A stretch of DNA of 64,000 bases from Blastocystis sp. Blastoise (GCA_039096225.1 JBBPEB010000007.1:1363928-1427927), one strand, 5' to 3'; positions 24,075 through 38,169 are shown, counted from the first letter of the stretch. The notes: generated by a model not told the origin, from the letters alone. Translations and numbers: made by a program.

Positions 24075-25092
24075 TGAAATAATCTAATGAATCTTAATGA
24101 CTGAAATAAATGAGTTGTTTATTCAAATGTGAAGTTTTCTAATTCGTTTATTTGATTGGATAGCAAGAGAAAATTATTCAATAGAACTGTGTTTATTTAA
24201 AAAAATACATATATGATGATATGCTACGAATTATGCTATTTGAGAGTATATATTTCATTTTATTTCTTTATAGGAGTCATATGCTACTTAAATCTATTCC
24301 ATATGAATGAAAATAGTTGTCATTTGAAATGAATTTGCAATTATTCTTATATGAAAAAGATAGTTGATTGTGAAGATTTATTAAGGATATGAAGAAGAAT
24401 AAAATATTATAAATAATACAAGTTGAAATAAAAATATGTTCAAATAAAAATGGATATGAGTTCTTTATTAATGAAATGAACGATGAATAGTGAATATCAA
24501 GTAACTAAATATGAGAAATAAGTTAATAAGTTAATCGAGAGGATAATATATAATAAAAAGGATATAAATATGTAAATATAAAGAATATACATGCTAATAA
24601 ATAAATAAAGAATGCAGATATATTCATAAAATAGATTCATAAAACAAGTGAAACAACGAAATACGACACGTTATTAATTTTTAAAACAAATTATATAGAT
24701 TTAGATGTTAAATAAAATAGATTCAATATATATAGTTTATTCGATATATTTACAATTATAACTATAGTACAGAAAACTATATATAGAAAAAAATAATAAA
24801 AAAAATTTAATATTGTATAAATTTTATATATATAAAAATATTTATATATAAAGATAGAGAAAAAAAGAAAGATAAAAATGAAAGAGAGTTTTAGCATAAA
24901 AAAATAATAAAAAAAAAATTTTAACAAAAATAAAAATAAAAATAAATTAAAAGAGAGTTAAAAATATATAAACAAACGATAAGAAGCATATAATTTGAAT
25001 AATTATAACAAAAGCTTATCTTTGTTTATAATAAAAAGATAGTTAAAAAATATAAATAAAAATAGATTAAAAAAAAAGCAATATAAATCCAC

Positions 25093-25979
25093 TTAGAAAT
25101 CCACAAAGTACTTATTGTCTTTAGGAGCATCTAAAGGATATATAATATTCGGAAGAGGATAAGGAGCAATACAATCGTTAAGTTCAGTTAAATTATGAGC
25201 AAAAAATTCATAATCATAACGAGTTTTATTCTTTGCTAATTGTTCACTAGTGAGTTTTCCATCATCAATAATATGTTTAACACAATAAATTCGATATAAA
25301 TCAATTTCTTTTTCTTGATTTAATATAGGACATAATCTTCTTGATTCATGTACTATATAAACAGGTCCAAATAAAGGAGGAGACAGTCTATAGGCGACAC
25401 CACGATCACTTCGACCTGTAATATCATAATTATTACCAGCATATAACTTTGTATTTGAAAACCATTTAAAATGAATTGTATTTGCACATACAGCAACAGA
25501 GAGAGCTTTTTTAAATGCTTTTTGATCATCACCTGATCTTGGGTCATCTAACGTAGCATAAAAGACATTACGTAAGAAATGTTGTGTTCTTGAATTCCAA
25601 TTATATAAGATAGCATGACCACTACAGAATCGACGATCTAATGTACGACTTGCACAAGAAAAATCTACATCTGTTGTTTTAAAGAAATTTAATATTTTCG
25701 TAGCTGCATTCGATATACAGAAAGTAGATGAGGAATCTAAAGCTAATGTTGTTTGAAAAGGAGTAAATCCATAATATAAGACTCGAGTACGAAATTGACG
25801 ACTTGATGTTTTATAATAAGAACTGGAAACTCCATAGAAAATATGATAAATAGGTATAATTTGAATTTGAATACGAGATGGAAGAGTAACATTCGTTGGA
25901 TGAGAAGCAAATATACATATTTGTATCTATATATATTTATTTATAAGTAATATAATAGGTATTTATAGATATAAAAATG

Positions 25980-26029
<50 letters not shown>

Positions 26030-26803
26030 TATATAATAGGAATTTGTAAGTATAAAAAATATAATAATAATAATAATATAATAATTGTATAATAATAATA
26101 TATATATATTTACTTGATCATCCATTTCAATCATTCGAAGAGCATTATCATAAGCTTCTTCAAAATAACGAATAGCAGAACTATTATCATTACTATAGGC
26201 AAATAATAGAACACCTTGACCTTCTTTTTTACGACTATCTAATGGCTTATAACCATCCGTTAAACTCTCTAATTCATAGAAATTCTTATTCAACTATATT
26301 CAAATAATAGAATAATGTGTGGGTAATATATATATATATGTTAATGAAATTTCATTGTATTCTATTACATATAAGAATATAGAATAATCATATATATATA
26401 TATATATATATATAATAATAATAACATACCAAATATGGAGTTCTTAAATAATTTTCATTTTGAATGTTCTAAATATATAAATATATATATAAAATTATAT
26501 TAAAAATTCATGAGAAAATACTTGACTATATTCAATATCACTAGGAATGTCTGAATCACCAGAATATCCATCAAAAAAAGAATGACAATGTGTTTTATTT
26601 CTAGCAAAAGTACCACTGTTCGTATAAAGACGTTTCATCTATAATATACATAATATAAATAATTATAAATAGCCAAAAATCATAGAATTACGTACTGCTG
26701 AAGACAAATTGGATATACTATAGGTATGAGTTCCATAAGGCAAATACACGGTTATCAACAACAAAACGCTTGATATTAAAATATAAATAAATGCTGAATT
26801 CAT
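25093..26803 (-). CDS. Type II membrane GT-A-like (nucleotide-diphospho-sugar transferase-like) protein
   Basis: Signal anchor MNSAFIYILISSVLLLITVYL; GVLLFAYS; long ATG-less last exon 25093-~25927 with RTRVLYYGFTPFQTTLALDSSSTFC, SGHAILY and GDDQKAFK, matching the (S/T)PF..TL.LD and DQ motifs of GT-A enzymes. Confidence 0.65.
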
Positions 26804-27153
26804 AATGGTAGTTAACACAGCTTAAAGAAACCTCATGAACTCTAAAGGATTTCAATGAACATAATAATTGTCATTTTTTAATGAGCTTAAGTTTTGTTCA
26901 TCCAATAGTTTACTTTGAAATTGTCTACGTGATTAATTCTAATAATCATGAAAATAGTTTTTTTTGAATGACACAGTTTCTTCAAACAGCAATTGCTCGT
27001 TCGTTCCAATTCATTTCCAGAAAACTGCTGGAAATTGCTCTTTCATTGAAATGATCTGAGAAAAACCATAAATTGTTGTTCATTTATTCTTTTGTTGGAT
27101 ATTCTTATTATTTACATTCATTTTCCTATGAAAGACAGATTATTATTTCTTAT

Positions 27154-28767
27154 ATGCTTATGCACAGCAAGTATGTCTATTCAATATTATTCATTTCGTC
27201 ATTCCTTTTAGTCATCGGTTTTGCTGCATATTCTGCTACTGCTAAAATTGATCCCTATAGAGTATTTAGTCTATTCATGTTTCTTTCATATTAATCACTT
27301 TGCTTAGTTGATGTTTTGAAATGATTATCTTTTGATATATTTGTATAGAAAGTAAAGATAGCTGAAACAAATAGAGTAAAGAATGCAGAGACACTTGTAG
27401 AACCATCTGAAAAACCTATTGAAGATTTTGATTATGGTATTTATATAAATATATTGTTTATAGTCAATGGTTTTGAATAATTTTTAAAAATAGTTTTAAG
27501 AGTCACATGACAAATTGCTTATTATATAGATTCTATGCCAATATGTCATGATACAGCTTTATATACGTATACAATTGGTGGATTAGGTAACCAAATTATT
27601 TTATTCATTTTCACATATGCTATTTCAATCGTTCACAAGATACCAATTTATTGTATGTTTTTTTGTATTTTTATTATTATGTTTTTTATTGTTTTATTAT
27701 GTTTTTTTTATTGTTTTTATTATGTTTTTATTATTATTATTATTATCTATTATATTATTTTTATTATTATTTATTATATTATTTTTATTATTATTTTTTA
27801 TAATTCTTTAAATATACCTATTTTTATCATATATCTTATTTACAATACTATAATTATAAAAATGTATTAATTAAATAATCTCTAAATCCTCTCTTTTTTA
27901 GATCCTTCGGATTCTGTGTTTGATAAGTTTTTAATAATAAAGAATTATTTTCCAGGTCAAGTCAATGTATTTAATGATACGAGAACAACAGATCGTACTA
28001 TTGATCCTAAGGAGAATGAGAAAGTTATAGATATAAATCGATTAACTGCTACGAATAACTTTATTCGTTCATTACAAGATAATACTATATGTAAAGTCTA
28101 TGCTGGTAAAAAATTGATATTAACAGGATATCAAGATGCACATAAATTCTTATTACCTTTAGATATTTATAAAAAAATATTAGGAAAATTTTCATTATAT
28201 TCTGAATCTATTTATAAATATGTATATCCTTATCCTGTATATCGATTTGAGAATTTATTTTTACAAGAAAGTATTATTCCAAATCCAATTGTTCAAGAAC
28301 ATATGGCTTCTTTCTTCCCTGATTATAATTCAAAACGATTTTTAAGTGTTCATTTACGATTTGGTGGTGGTGTTGCTGATTATAAAGATATAGAAAGTCG
28401 AATGGCTCATGTAAAACCAGATTATGTTGTTCATTATATAGAAGCTGTATGTAATAAAACAAAAGAAAATATTGTTTATTTAGCATCTGATTCTACAAAT
28501 ATGAAAAACTATATAAAAGAACATTTACCTAAAACACTTACTGTTATTACAGCACCTATTGAGAAAGTTGCTTCTACCGATCTCTTTATTGCAGGACGTG
28601 AAGTTAAATCTAAATATGAAATTGATGCTGTTACGGAACTATTTTTATTAAGACATGGATCCGATTGTATTGGTAGTATGAAATCTAGTTTTAGTAAATT
28701 TGCTTGTAGTAATATTGATCATGAAGGATTCTTACTTACTTCAGACACTAAAAACAATATTGTATAA
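27154..28767 (+). CDS. Fucosyltransferase-like type II membrane glycosyltransferase, copy 2 (4 exons)
   Basis: Signal anchor YSILFISSFLLVIGFAAY; GGLGNQ, SVHLRFGG, VYLASDS, SSFS; colinear with 5928-7500 and shares its two intron positions. The start could be ATG 27154 or 27160. Confidence 0.8.
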
Positions 28768-29476
28768 ATATTATCATTTTTTATTTCAATTATGAATCTA
28801 GTTTTTTTACTACCTATGATTCTTGATTTCATTTTATTATTTGTTCATTATTATGTAAATTTATTTTTTTTTTATTTATTGTAATTTTTTTTTATTTTAT
28901 AAATAGTATCAACTTTCTTGTTTTTTGTTTTGTTTTATGATTTTCAAATGTCTTTTATTAGTAGAAAACTTATGAACCTATTTTATTATTTGACATTTAA
29001 CTAGTAATTATTAGTTTTGCTTCTATTGTTCATTCTTTATTAGGAATGGTGTATATATACTCTTTTATATATAGCTTTTTGATATGGTTAATATAAGTGA
29101 CTTTTCTATTTTATGACACTCTCCGTGAGTGTAACAAAATGTTACTAAAAGAAAGAAATCATAAGGAAAATATATAGTTTTTTTTATTATTACAATAAAC
29201 AAAAGTGTTACAATTTATTATGAGAATTGTAGCGCCACAACAAATTATTTTTGGGAAGCATCGTATGAAAAAATTATTTTGAACCAAACAATATTTGAAA
29301 ATTAACATTCAGAAATATGATTAATTGTATGAAAAAAAAAGTAAATAAAGTATTTTATATATATTTAACATAAGTATTATATAATTAAATTCTTAAAACA
29401 TTAATATTACATTAATCATGAATAATTATAAATCTAAATAATAATAATATATTTATTTGAAATTATATACAAAAAA

Positions 29477-32400
29477 TTATACAGTAACATTTTTTTCAAC
29501 TTTTACAGTTTCAACTTGTGGTGCTTTTTTGTGAGGTTTTAATCTCTTTTCTTTCTTAGTTTTCTTAATATTCATTAGAATAAACATTAGAATTAAGAGC
29601 ATAATAAGAACTACAATAATAATAAGAAGAATAATTGTTGTGACTGAAAGAGAATTACCTGTGGATACTATTTCTCCATTAATTGAAGTATTAGTAACAG
29701 TGTTAAGATTAGAATCAGTACTTGTTTTAAATAATTTTAGAAGAACAGAATCATTACCAGTAAATAAAGTATTTATATCATTCTTTATATTATCTTCATC
29801 AGATTGATTAACAATTATTCTTACATTAACTGAGATACCATCAGTATAAGTAGATATACTAGAAACACTAATAATCTTTACAGCAGATGAAGGAATAGAA
29901 TAACTAGTAAGAGATTGAACAATAAGTGTTCTAAAGGTTTCAGTAGTAGAAGGAGTATTAAAAGCAGTTTCAGTTAATCCTTCAAGTTTTATAGGAATAT
30001 CAATAAATACTTTATTATCACCTGGATTTTCACTGGCAGAAAATACATAACATTCAGAACTATCAGCAATTTGCCAAGAAGCAGTACCAATACCTGCATT
30101 TTGACAAACACGGCTTTGAATACCTGACTGACCTAAAGGACATTCAATATAAGCAGTTATACCTCTTTCTGTAATAGGCCAAATATCATCAGAAGGACAA
30201 TAGACAATACTTATCGTAATAGTAATAGTAGCAGTAGATTCTCCTCTTGAATTAGAAACAGTAATAGTATAACTATTAGTAGAAGCAGAAGTAGGAGTAC
30301 CATATATAAAGCCATTTTGAGTATTAAATATTAATCCATCAGGAAGAGAAGGAGATATAGTTAGAGGATTCAGACTACCACCAGTAATAGAAGCCATAAT
30401 TGGAGTAATAATATCATTCTTATATCCAATAATAGTATTTGTATCATAGGAAATTGAAGGACTCTTTAATTGGCAATTATTAACTATAGTATCCCAAACA
30501 GCAGGATATTCAAGTTTACATAATCTTGTTCTAAATCCTTCATAATTAATAGCGTCTTCACAAGGTAAAGTTATTTGTTGACCAATATCTGTAACAGGCC
30601 AAATACTTTGAATGGGACATTTAGCAATACTTATAGTAATAGTAATAATAGCAGTTGCTTCTCCTCTAGTATTAGATATAGTAATATTATAGCTTTCAGA
30701 AGAAGCAGAAGTAGGTATACCATATATCAAACCATTCTGAGTATTAAAAATCAATCCATCAGGAAGAGGAGGATAAATAGTAATAGGATTAAGACTACCA
30801 CCAGTAATAGAAGCCACAATAGGAGTAATAGCAATATTTTTATAACCAGTTATAGTAGTAGTTGTATAAGAAATTAAAGGCATCTTTAATTGACAATTAT
30901 TAATAACATCCTCCCAAACACCAGGATTTCCTATTAAACATAATCTAGTTCTAGAACCTTCATAGTTTATAGTATCTTCACAAGGTAAATTATAATGTTG
31001 ACCAATTTCAGTAAGAGGCCAATTATCTTCAGAAGTACAAAATGCTAAATCAATATAAACCAAAATAGTAGTAGAAACAGAACCAAATTCATTAGTAGCA
31101 GTGATAGTATATGTAGTAATATCAGAATTAGCAAGAGGAGTACCAGAAATTGTGCCATTAACTTGATTAATAGTAAGACCATTAGGAAGAGCTGGATCAA
31201 TAGTATATGTCAATTCAGCACCAACTATAATAGGAGAAGGAGAAAGAGAAACAGGTATATTTTTATGGAAATTAAAAGGAGAACCAGTATAAGAAAAATC
31301 AATAGGAACAAGTAAAGTACAAAAAAATTCAACATCACCAAATACACCAGCAGTACATAATCTTCTTTGAATACCAACATAACCAGTAGGACATTCTTGG
31401 AAGGAATAGCCACCTTCATTAGCAGGTCCCCAAATATCATCAGCTATACAAGAAGAAGTAGTATTAGTTATATACAAGCCAAATTCAGATAATTGGAAGT
31501 TACCATCACCACAATTTAGACTATCAAAAGCAGCGTTATCACATTCAGTAGCAATAAATCGATAAGAATTATAAGGTTGAGAAGAATAGAAATCATAAGA
31601 GAATGTTTGCTTATAAGAGGTAAAAAATTGTTGGTGTTCATAATCTAATAATGTCCAATTGACACCGTTATCATTAGAACCTTCTATTCTCCAACTAGAA
31701 GGAGATCTTTGATTACAAGCATTACCATTAGTAATCTTATATTGATTAATAAATTCTTTACGATTATTATTAAAAGTATATTGATAAATTGCGCCAACAC
31801 ATCGTGGACCACTCACAACTGAAGTATCTAAATTATTATCAAATAATTTATCAGTACCATCATCGCCAGTCTTTTCAATATCAGACCATGAAACACCATC
31901 AGTTACTCTGTATTCACCAGAAGGAATAAAAGCAACAAAACAAGTGAAATCATTAGTAGCAGGAAGAGTATCTTTCTTATGTATTTCAACAGCTATAACA
32001 TTAGTACCAACAACAAGAATAGGATTAACAAGTGTAGAAACAGAACTTGTAAATACAGCACTAGAAGTATATTCAGCAGTAGCAGCAGTATTATAATTAA
32101 TAGTACCAGTAGGCATATTAATTCTTCTGATTTCATGACCATTAAGATAAACAATCATACCAGCATAAGTACTAGCACCAATATCAATACCAGCATAAGC
32201 AGCATCAACAGTAGAAAGAGTAAAAGTAGTTCTATAATATTGAGTAGTACCAGTAGGAACAGGTAAAGATCCAGCAATACCAGAAGACCAATCAATATCA
32301 GAGAAAGTAGCAGTATTCCAATCAGAAGGAGCTTCAATATCATCATTTAAGTATTTCCAAGCAGCACTAGTAGAAACAATTCTACCAATATTAAGAGTAA

Positions 32401-35400
32401 CAGTCTTAGGAGATTCACCTATAGCAAGAGAACCAGAAACAAGAGCAGTTGTACTATCTTCAACAAATACAGAATAAGTACCATCACCCCAACCATCATT
32501 CATACTATCAGACATTACTAAAGTATAAACACCAGCAGCTCTACAATAAATGAAATCTTGTGTAGAATAATTAATAGAAGTAGATCTTGAATCAATAACT
32601 GTACCAGTAGAATCGTTAAGAGTCCAAGAAGCTTCATTAGCATAACTAGTAAAATAGAAAGATAATTTGAATAAGTTATTAGGATAAGAACAAGTAATTA
32701 CAGAGAAAGTAATAGTAGTAGTAACAGGAGTACCTTGAAGACTTTTAGCACTAATAGTATAAGTAGTAGGAGTTAATAAAGTAGTAGGAATACCGTTTAA
32801 GTAACCATTAGAAGAATCTAGAGTAAGACCAGTAGGAAGAGCAGGAGAAATAGTGAAATCATAATAATATTCAGAAGAAACCAAAAGAGCAGGAACAACA
32901 GCATCTTTATAAGCAACAAGATTAGAAGGAGTGAAACTAAAATCAGGAATAACAAGAGAATTAATATCTTCAATTAAAAATTCCCATTCAGAGAAAGCAT
33001 ATCTATTTTCAGGTTGAATAACAACAGCTTTAGTAACAGCAATCTTATAATTAGTATAAGCTTGAGTAGTACCAAGAGCATAGAAACATTGTCTTTGTTG
33101 TCTTTCTTCCCAAGAAACATTAGTTTGAGAAGTAATAGAAGTCCAAGTAGTACCATCCATAGAACCATAAATAGTCCAATCAGCAGGATCATGACTAGGA
33201 GTATCTCTGTTGGAATAAATACAATATTTATTCATATAAATAGCTCTCTTATTATTAAATTCAATAGTAACCCATTTTTCACTAATAGAATCATAAGAAG
33301 GAGTAATCCAACGAGAATAAGGATTAGAATCGAAAAGATTAGCAGCGGCACCATCAGCGAAAACACCACTAGAATCATAAGTACCACCAGAAGCATTTTG
33401 AATGACACTAGAATCACCAAGAAAATGAAATAAGCCATCGAAATCAACGTTATAAGAACCACTGCCAATATTAACAAGACCAATAGCTACAGTAACACTA
33501 TTACCATTAGAAAGAGTCGTCATAGGACCAGATACAGATCTCCATAAGAAAGAATCATCACTACCAGTAGCAACAGTAGAAGTATTAATCTCACCAGCAG
33601 CAAGATTATATCTATAGACTTCATTACCATTTACATAAATAACGCAACCAGCTTTAGATTTAAAGAATAATTCCCAACCAACCATATTCGTCTTCGAAAT
33701 AATAGTGAAAGTATTTCTAAGAAGAAGAATACTTTGAGTAACAGAGACAAGAGGATTATAAGTTAATGTTTGCCAAGCATCATCAGAAAAAGAAGCAGTC
33801 TTCCAATTAACATCAGTAGGAGCACCTTGTTGATATTTCCACGCAGATTGAGGAGCAATATCAAGACGAGTATTCACATAATAAGTAGTAGTAGTACCAG
33901 ATAATAAATACATACGAGCAATTCTATGTTCAGTAGTAAGATCATATTTTATAGAAACATCAAGATAAGCACCTTTTTCCCAGCCATCATTATTATCATC
34001 GAAAAGAACAAATTTCCAACGACCAGCAGGTTGACATTCATCTAATACTTGATTTGCACCATTATGAACACCAGTAAGAGTTATAATTTGAGTATTATCT
34101 TCAGAATAAATAGCAACACGTTCATCATTTGAAGTCGATCCATTTCTTTTAGTAATAACTACTTGAGCCATAGCAGGTTGTTGACAAACAATAAAGCTAA
34201 TAGTCATAGTAAAAGTAGTAGCAGCATTAGTAGCACCATCAATAGCACTAATAGTATAAGTTTTAGTGGGTGAAGTTGTAGTTACAGAACCATATATAAT
34301 ACCATTATTAGAATTAAGTAATAATCCAGTAGGTAAGTCAGGAGATACGGTATAAGTATGAATACCACTAGACATAGGAGAAACAGATATAGCTACATTA
34401 GTATAGATATTAAGAGTATGAGAAGGATATTGAAGACCAGGAGTAACAAGAGGTTGACTATTTACAAAAGTACGAATTTCAGCTAATTGAGTATAACTGT
34501 CACCATTATTAGATAATATATCAAATTTTATTTGATTGAATGATTTTCTATTCGAAGGAATGTTAAATATATAACTAGTTCTTCTGGAAGCAAACATATT
34601 ATCCGTAACATGATCTAAGAATATCCAAGTAATACCACCATCTTCAGAACCATAGAATTTCCATTCTCTAGGATCTCGTTCAATATAATCATTAGCAGAA
34701 GTAACTTGATAAGCATTAAACCAAGTCTTAGATCCATTAGGAAGAGCAATAGTAATAGTACTAGCAGTAGCTTGGAAATAATATTTAGTCTCATCACGAT
34801 CATCAGCAACATTTTCACAAATTTCACTTGTATTATCGTTGTTGACAGAACAAGTAGCAGTACCACCCGAAATAACAACTTCACCACCTAGAAAAAATTT
34901 ATTTTTAATTAAATAAGACTATTTTTTAATATATAATAAATAACATTATTGGAATAAAAATATATTTTAAAATTTGAAACAAATACAAATATGAATATAA
35001 TAATAATATACTAGTTGAAGAAATAGTAGTAGCATAAGCATCAAAGATATCAGCAGTAGTTAATTGAGAAGAATGAGAGTGAACTTCAACAGCTACAGTT
35101 AAAGCAGTACCAGATGTGATATAAAGAGAGAGAGGAACGACAATTCTATAATAATAATAATAATATTAAATATATATATATATATAATAGATAAATTATA
35201 TATTTACACTTTCCAAGTAGCTTCTGTTTCAAAAGTTAAAGAAGCAGTATTAGAATCAGATACGCTATATATAAAATATATAAAACATATAATTATTTTA
35301 TAATTATTATATATATGTTTATAAATAGAAAAAAGTGATATATATGTTGTATATAAATAAACAAAGAACACTTACGTAGGTAAACCAACACGAGAAGCTT

Positions 35401-36253
35401 CAACACCATTTACATAAATAACAAAACCAGAGTTTGTCTTGACACCAAAACGAAGAGCATAAGCAGCAGCATCAGAAATAGAAGAAGTATATCTATAATA
35501 ACGAGTAGTAGTAGAAATAGCAGGGAAAGAACCAGGAGCAAGAGGAGTCCAAGCAGCATCAGCGAATGATATTTGAGTCCAAGAAGTACCAGTTTGAGCA
35601 GTAGTAGAAGTCTTCCAAGTAGCACCAGGAGGAATAGAAAGATTCACTATATAGAATTAATATTATTTAATTATGAATGAAATAATAATTATTATTATTA
35701 TAAGTAAAAAAGAAATAATCATATACAAGTGAATTGTTGTAATTTAGGAGCTTTAGCAGACGTGTCACCACTATTGAGTCTTGCAGTTAAGAAGGTGACT
35801 ACATTATAATTAATATAAAGATAAGCACCAGTAGACCAACCATCTCCATAACTAAAATGAATATATAATTATAATGATTATTTTATTAGTAAATCTATTA
35901 ATTATATAAAAAAAATTCTTATAAATAGTAGCAATTACATACCTATCGTACATAGCAAGAGTATAAACAGTGTTTAATTGAAGACAAATATCATATTCCT
36001 TGGATTTAGAGCTATCAGCAGAAGTACCAGCTCCTTCATGGACAAGAGTTCCAGTTAAATCAGTACCTTGAAATATTTTCCATGTTTCTTCATAAGCATA
36101 AGAACCATATGTTCTCTTAAGAATAAAAGGTAAACTAGGAGCAGTACATTCCGATTGAACTACATATTCGTTAATAGTCAAAAATAAAAATGTTGTAAAT
36201 ATACCTAAGGATATCAATCCTAAAATACTAATAAGGCCAATGAATTGTCTCAT
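29477..36253 (-). CDS. Large type I membrane surface protein (~2,090 aa, 7 exons): repeated lectin-like/discoidin (F5/8-type) and putative Ig (He_PIG-like) domains, Cys-rich HormR-like repeats, membrane-proximal SEA-like region, TM helix, short basic tail
   Basis: Signal peptide MRQFIGLISILGLISL; three discoidin-like modules (SANDYIERDPREWKFYGSEDGG.TW, HDPADWTIYGSMDGTTW, RSPSSWRIEGSNDNGVNW); five P.LP.GL......G.i.G Ig-like repeats; four C....W.....G.....C.....G...R.C repeats; TM TTIILLIIIVVLIMLLILMFILM then KKTKKEKR. The 1706 aa ORF is only part of the last exon (~34888-29477). Confidence 0.88.
30200..31040 (-). repeat. Intragenic tandem duplication of a 420-nt (140 aa) Cys-rich plus Ig unit
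   Basis: Near-identical blocks offset by exactly 420 nt (e.g. 30221 vs 30641; GYKN..ITPI.ASITGGSLNP.TI.P.LPDGLIFNTQNG twice). Confidence 0.9.
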
Positions 36254-38169
36254 TTCTTATTAGCTAAAAATAAATATAAAAAAAAACCATTGTACTCATT
36301 TTATGTTAAGATTTAAAACTTGTCGAGTTTTTGTTCAAATTTGTTTTGTATTTTAATTCAATGATATCACCAATAAACTTGGTTTAAACATACAAATGAC
36401 AGAGAGTTTTTCATATAAAAAGAAATAGAAATTCTAGTAAAAAAAATTTTTAGTACTTTCTTTTAGTAATGTAAGTTTTTTTAAAAGAGATTTCTGCAAT
36501 TCTAATAAATTAACATCAAAGACTATTAATCCATTAATATATATGATTCAATATTTCTCTATTAAAAAAATAATTTGTTAAAAACATTAAAATGACAATC
36601 ATAATAATGAATGCTCATGAATATCACTATGATGGAGATTGGTCGTCTTAAGAGTTTAGTTAATTTTAAAATATATAGCAGATTTTTTTGTTGAAATGAA
36701 ATTTGATTCTTAAGATTTATTAAAAAAATTACTGAAATTCTTCAACTTTAATTTTTTTTTATTTTTTTAAAGACTTGCAAATTGAACTTTATTTCGTGAC
36801 CCTAAAAATTGCACTTTTTACTCGAGAATGTCAAGTCTTTACATTTTTCATTTTCTTTTTCTTCTGTATAGAGTTAATATTACGATTTTTGACAGTATGC
36901 TTAGTTAATGAATGCTTCGATTGATAGAGTAGAGTTGATTGAAGCTGTTCTTGTTAAATATTTAAATGGATGAGCAATGTTGACTTTTTATTATTAAAAA
37001 ATGTTAGATTGGGTGTTAAAAAGTGGGTAGAAATAGGATTTAAAGAAATAAGTTTTATTATAATGATATTAATAAAGAATATTTAAAAATAGAACATAGA
37101 TATTGTTTTATTCATTTACGGTAAAAGTTAAATGAATCAGTATAATTTTATTTAATTTCTTGATTAAAAATTTCTTTTTACAACTTTCTCTTTTATTTAT
37201 TATTTTTTGCTGTAATGATTTAATTAGATTTAATAGATTGAATTACATTAAAGCAAGATATCCCTCTTCAATATCTGGTGTTTATTTTAGATTTTATTTG
37301 AGTTAATTGCATTGCTTGTTTAGAAGTCAAATTTATTTGAGATTGGATCTGTTGTTATGTTCTGAAATTCTTCAGTATAACATTTCAAATGAGATATTAA
37401 ATCAAAAAATACTTTTAGTATATATTAGTTTTCTTAATTAGTTATATTTATTTAATATACGTTTATTTTATAGTATTTAAATAAGTATAGATTATTTGAT
37501 GTATTTATTATGATTATCAATTGATACTAGTATTGATTCTTTATGAATTAGCTATAAATTTCTTTTTATATTTTATAAATTTTTATTTTATTGATTTTAT
37601 TATTAATCTTTTGTAATTTTATAATAATAATATTATATATATGTAGATTTATGATTTAAAAACAACTAGATAAATAGATTATTGTATTTTTTGTTATACG
37701 TATTTATTTTTTTATTGTTATGTAATAAATAGAATATATAAAAGTATATATATTATTATACTCATTAAATATATATATGTATTTCATGATAATATTTGAT
37801 TCTATATAAAGAAAGATATAAGGTTTAATTCCGAATACGTGTTATATATGGAGTTAAAAGATAAAGTAGTGTCTGTTTTCTATATATTTATAACTAGTCA
37901 TGTATTATTAAATGTAGAAATAGTAGAAATTACAAAATGTCTTTCTTAAATGTTCTTTTAAATATAGTATATATATATACTATTTATTAGTATTATTGAT
38001 ATAAAACTTTAATGAAGAATTTAAGTGCTATTAAAAGACTTTTTGAATAAAAACTAAATAATAATAAGTATATATATTGGAAATATAATAAAAATATATA
38101 TTATATATATTATATATACATATTATATTTATTGATAAATTTACAAAATTAATATAAATTTTATAGTAT

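Noticed and set aside
30575-34891. Antisense and alternate-frame ORFs overlapping the surface protein gene
   Set aside because: Shadows of strong T/A-ending codon bias in the real reading frame.
36207-36214. ATATCCTT (minus) as a third AT-AC donor
   Set aside because: It encodes Ile-Ser-Leu of the signal peptide, has no good branch site, and a normal GT-AG intron starts 2 nt later.
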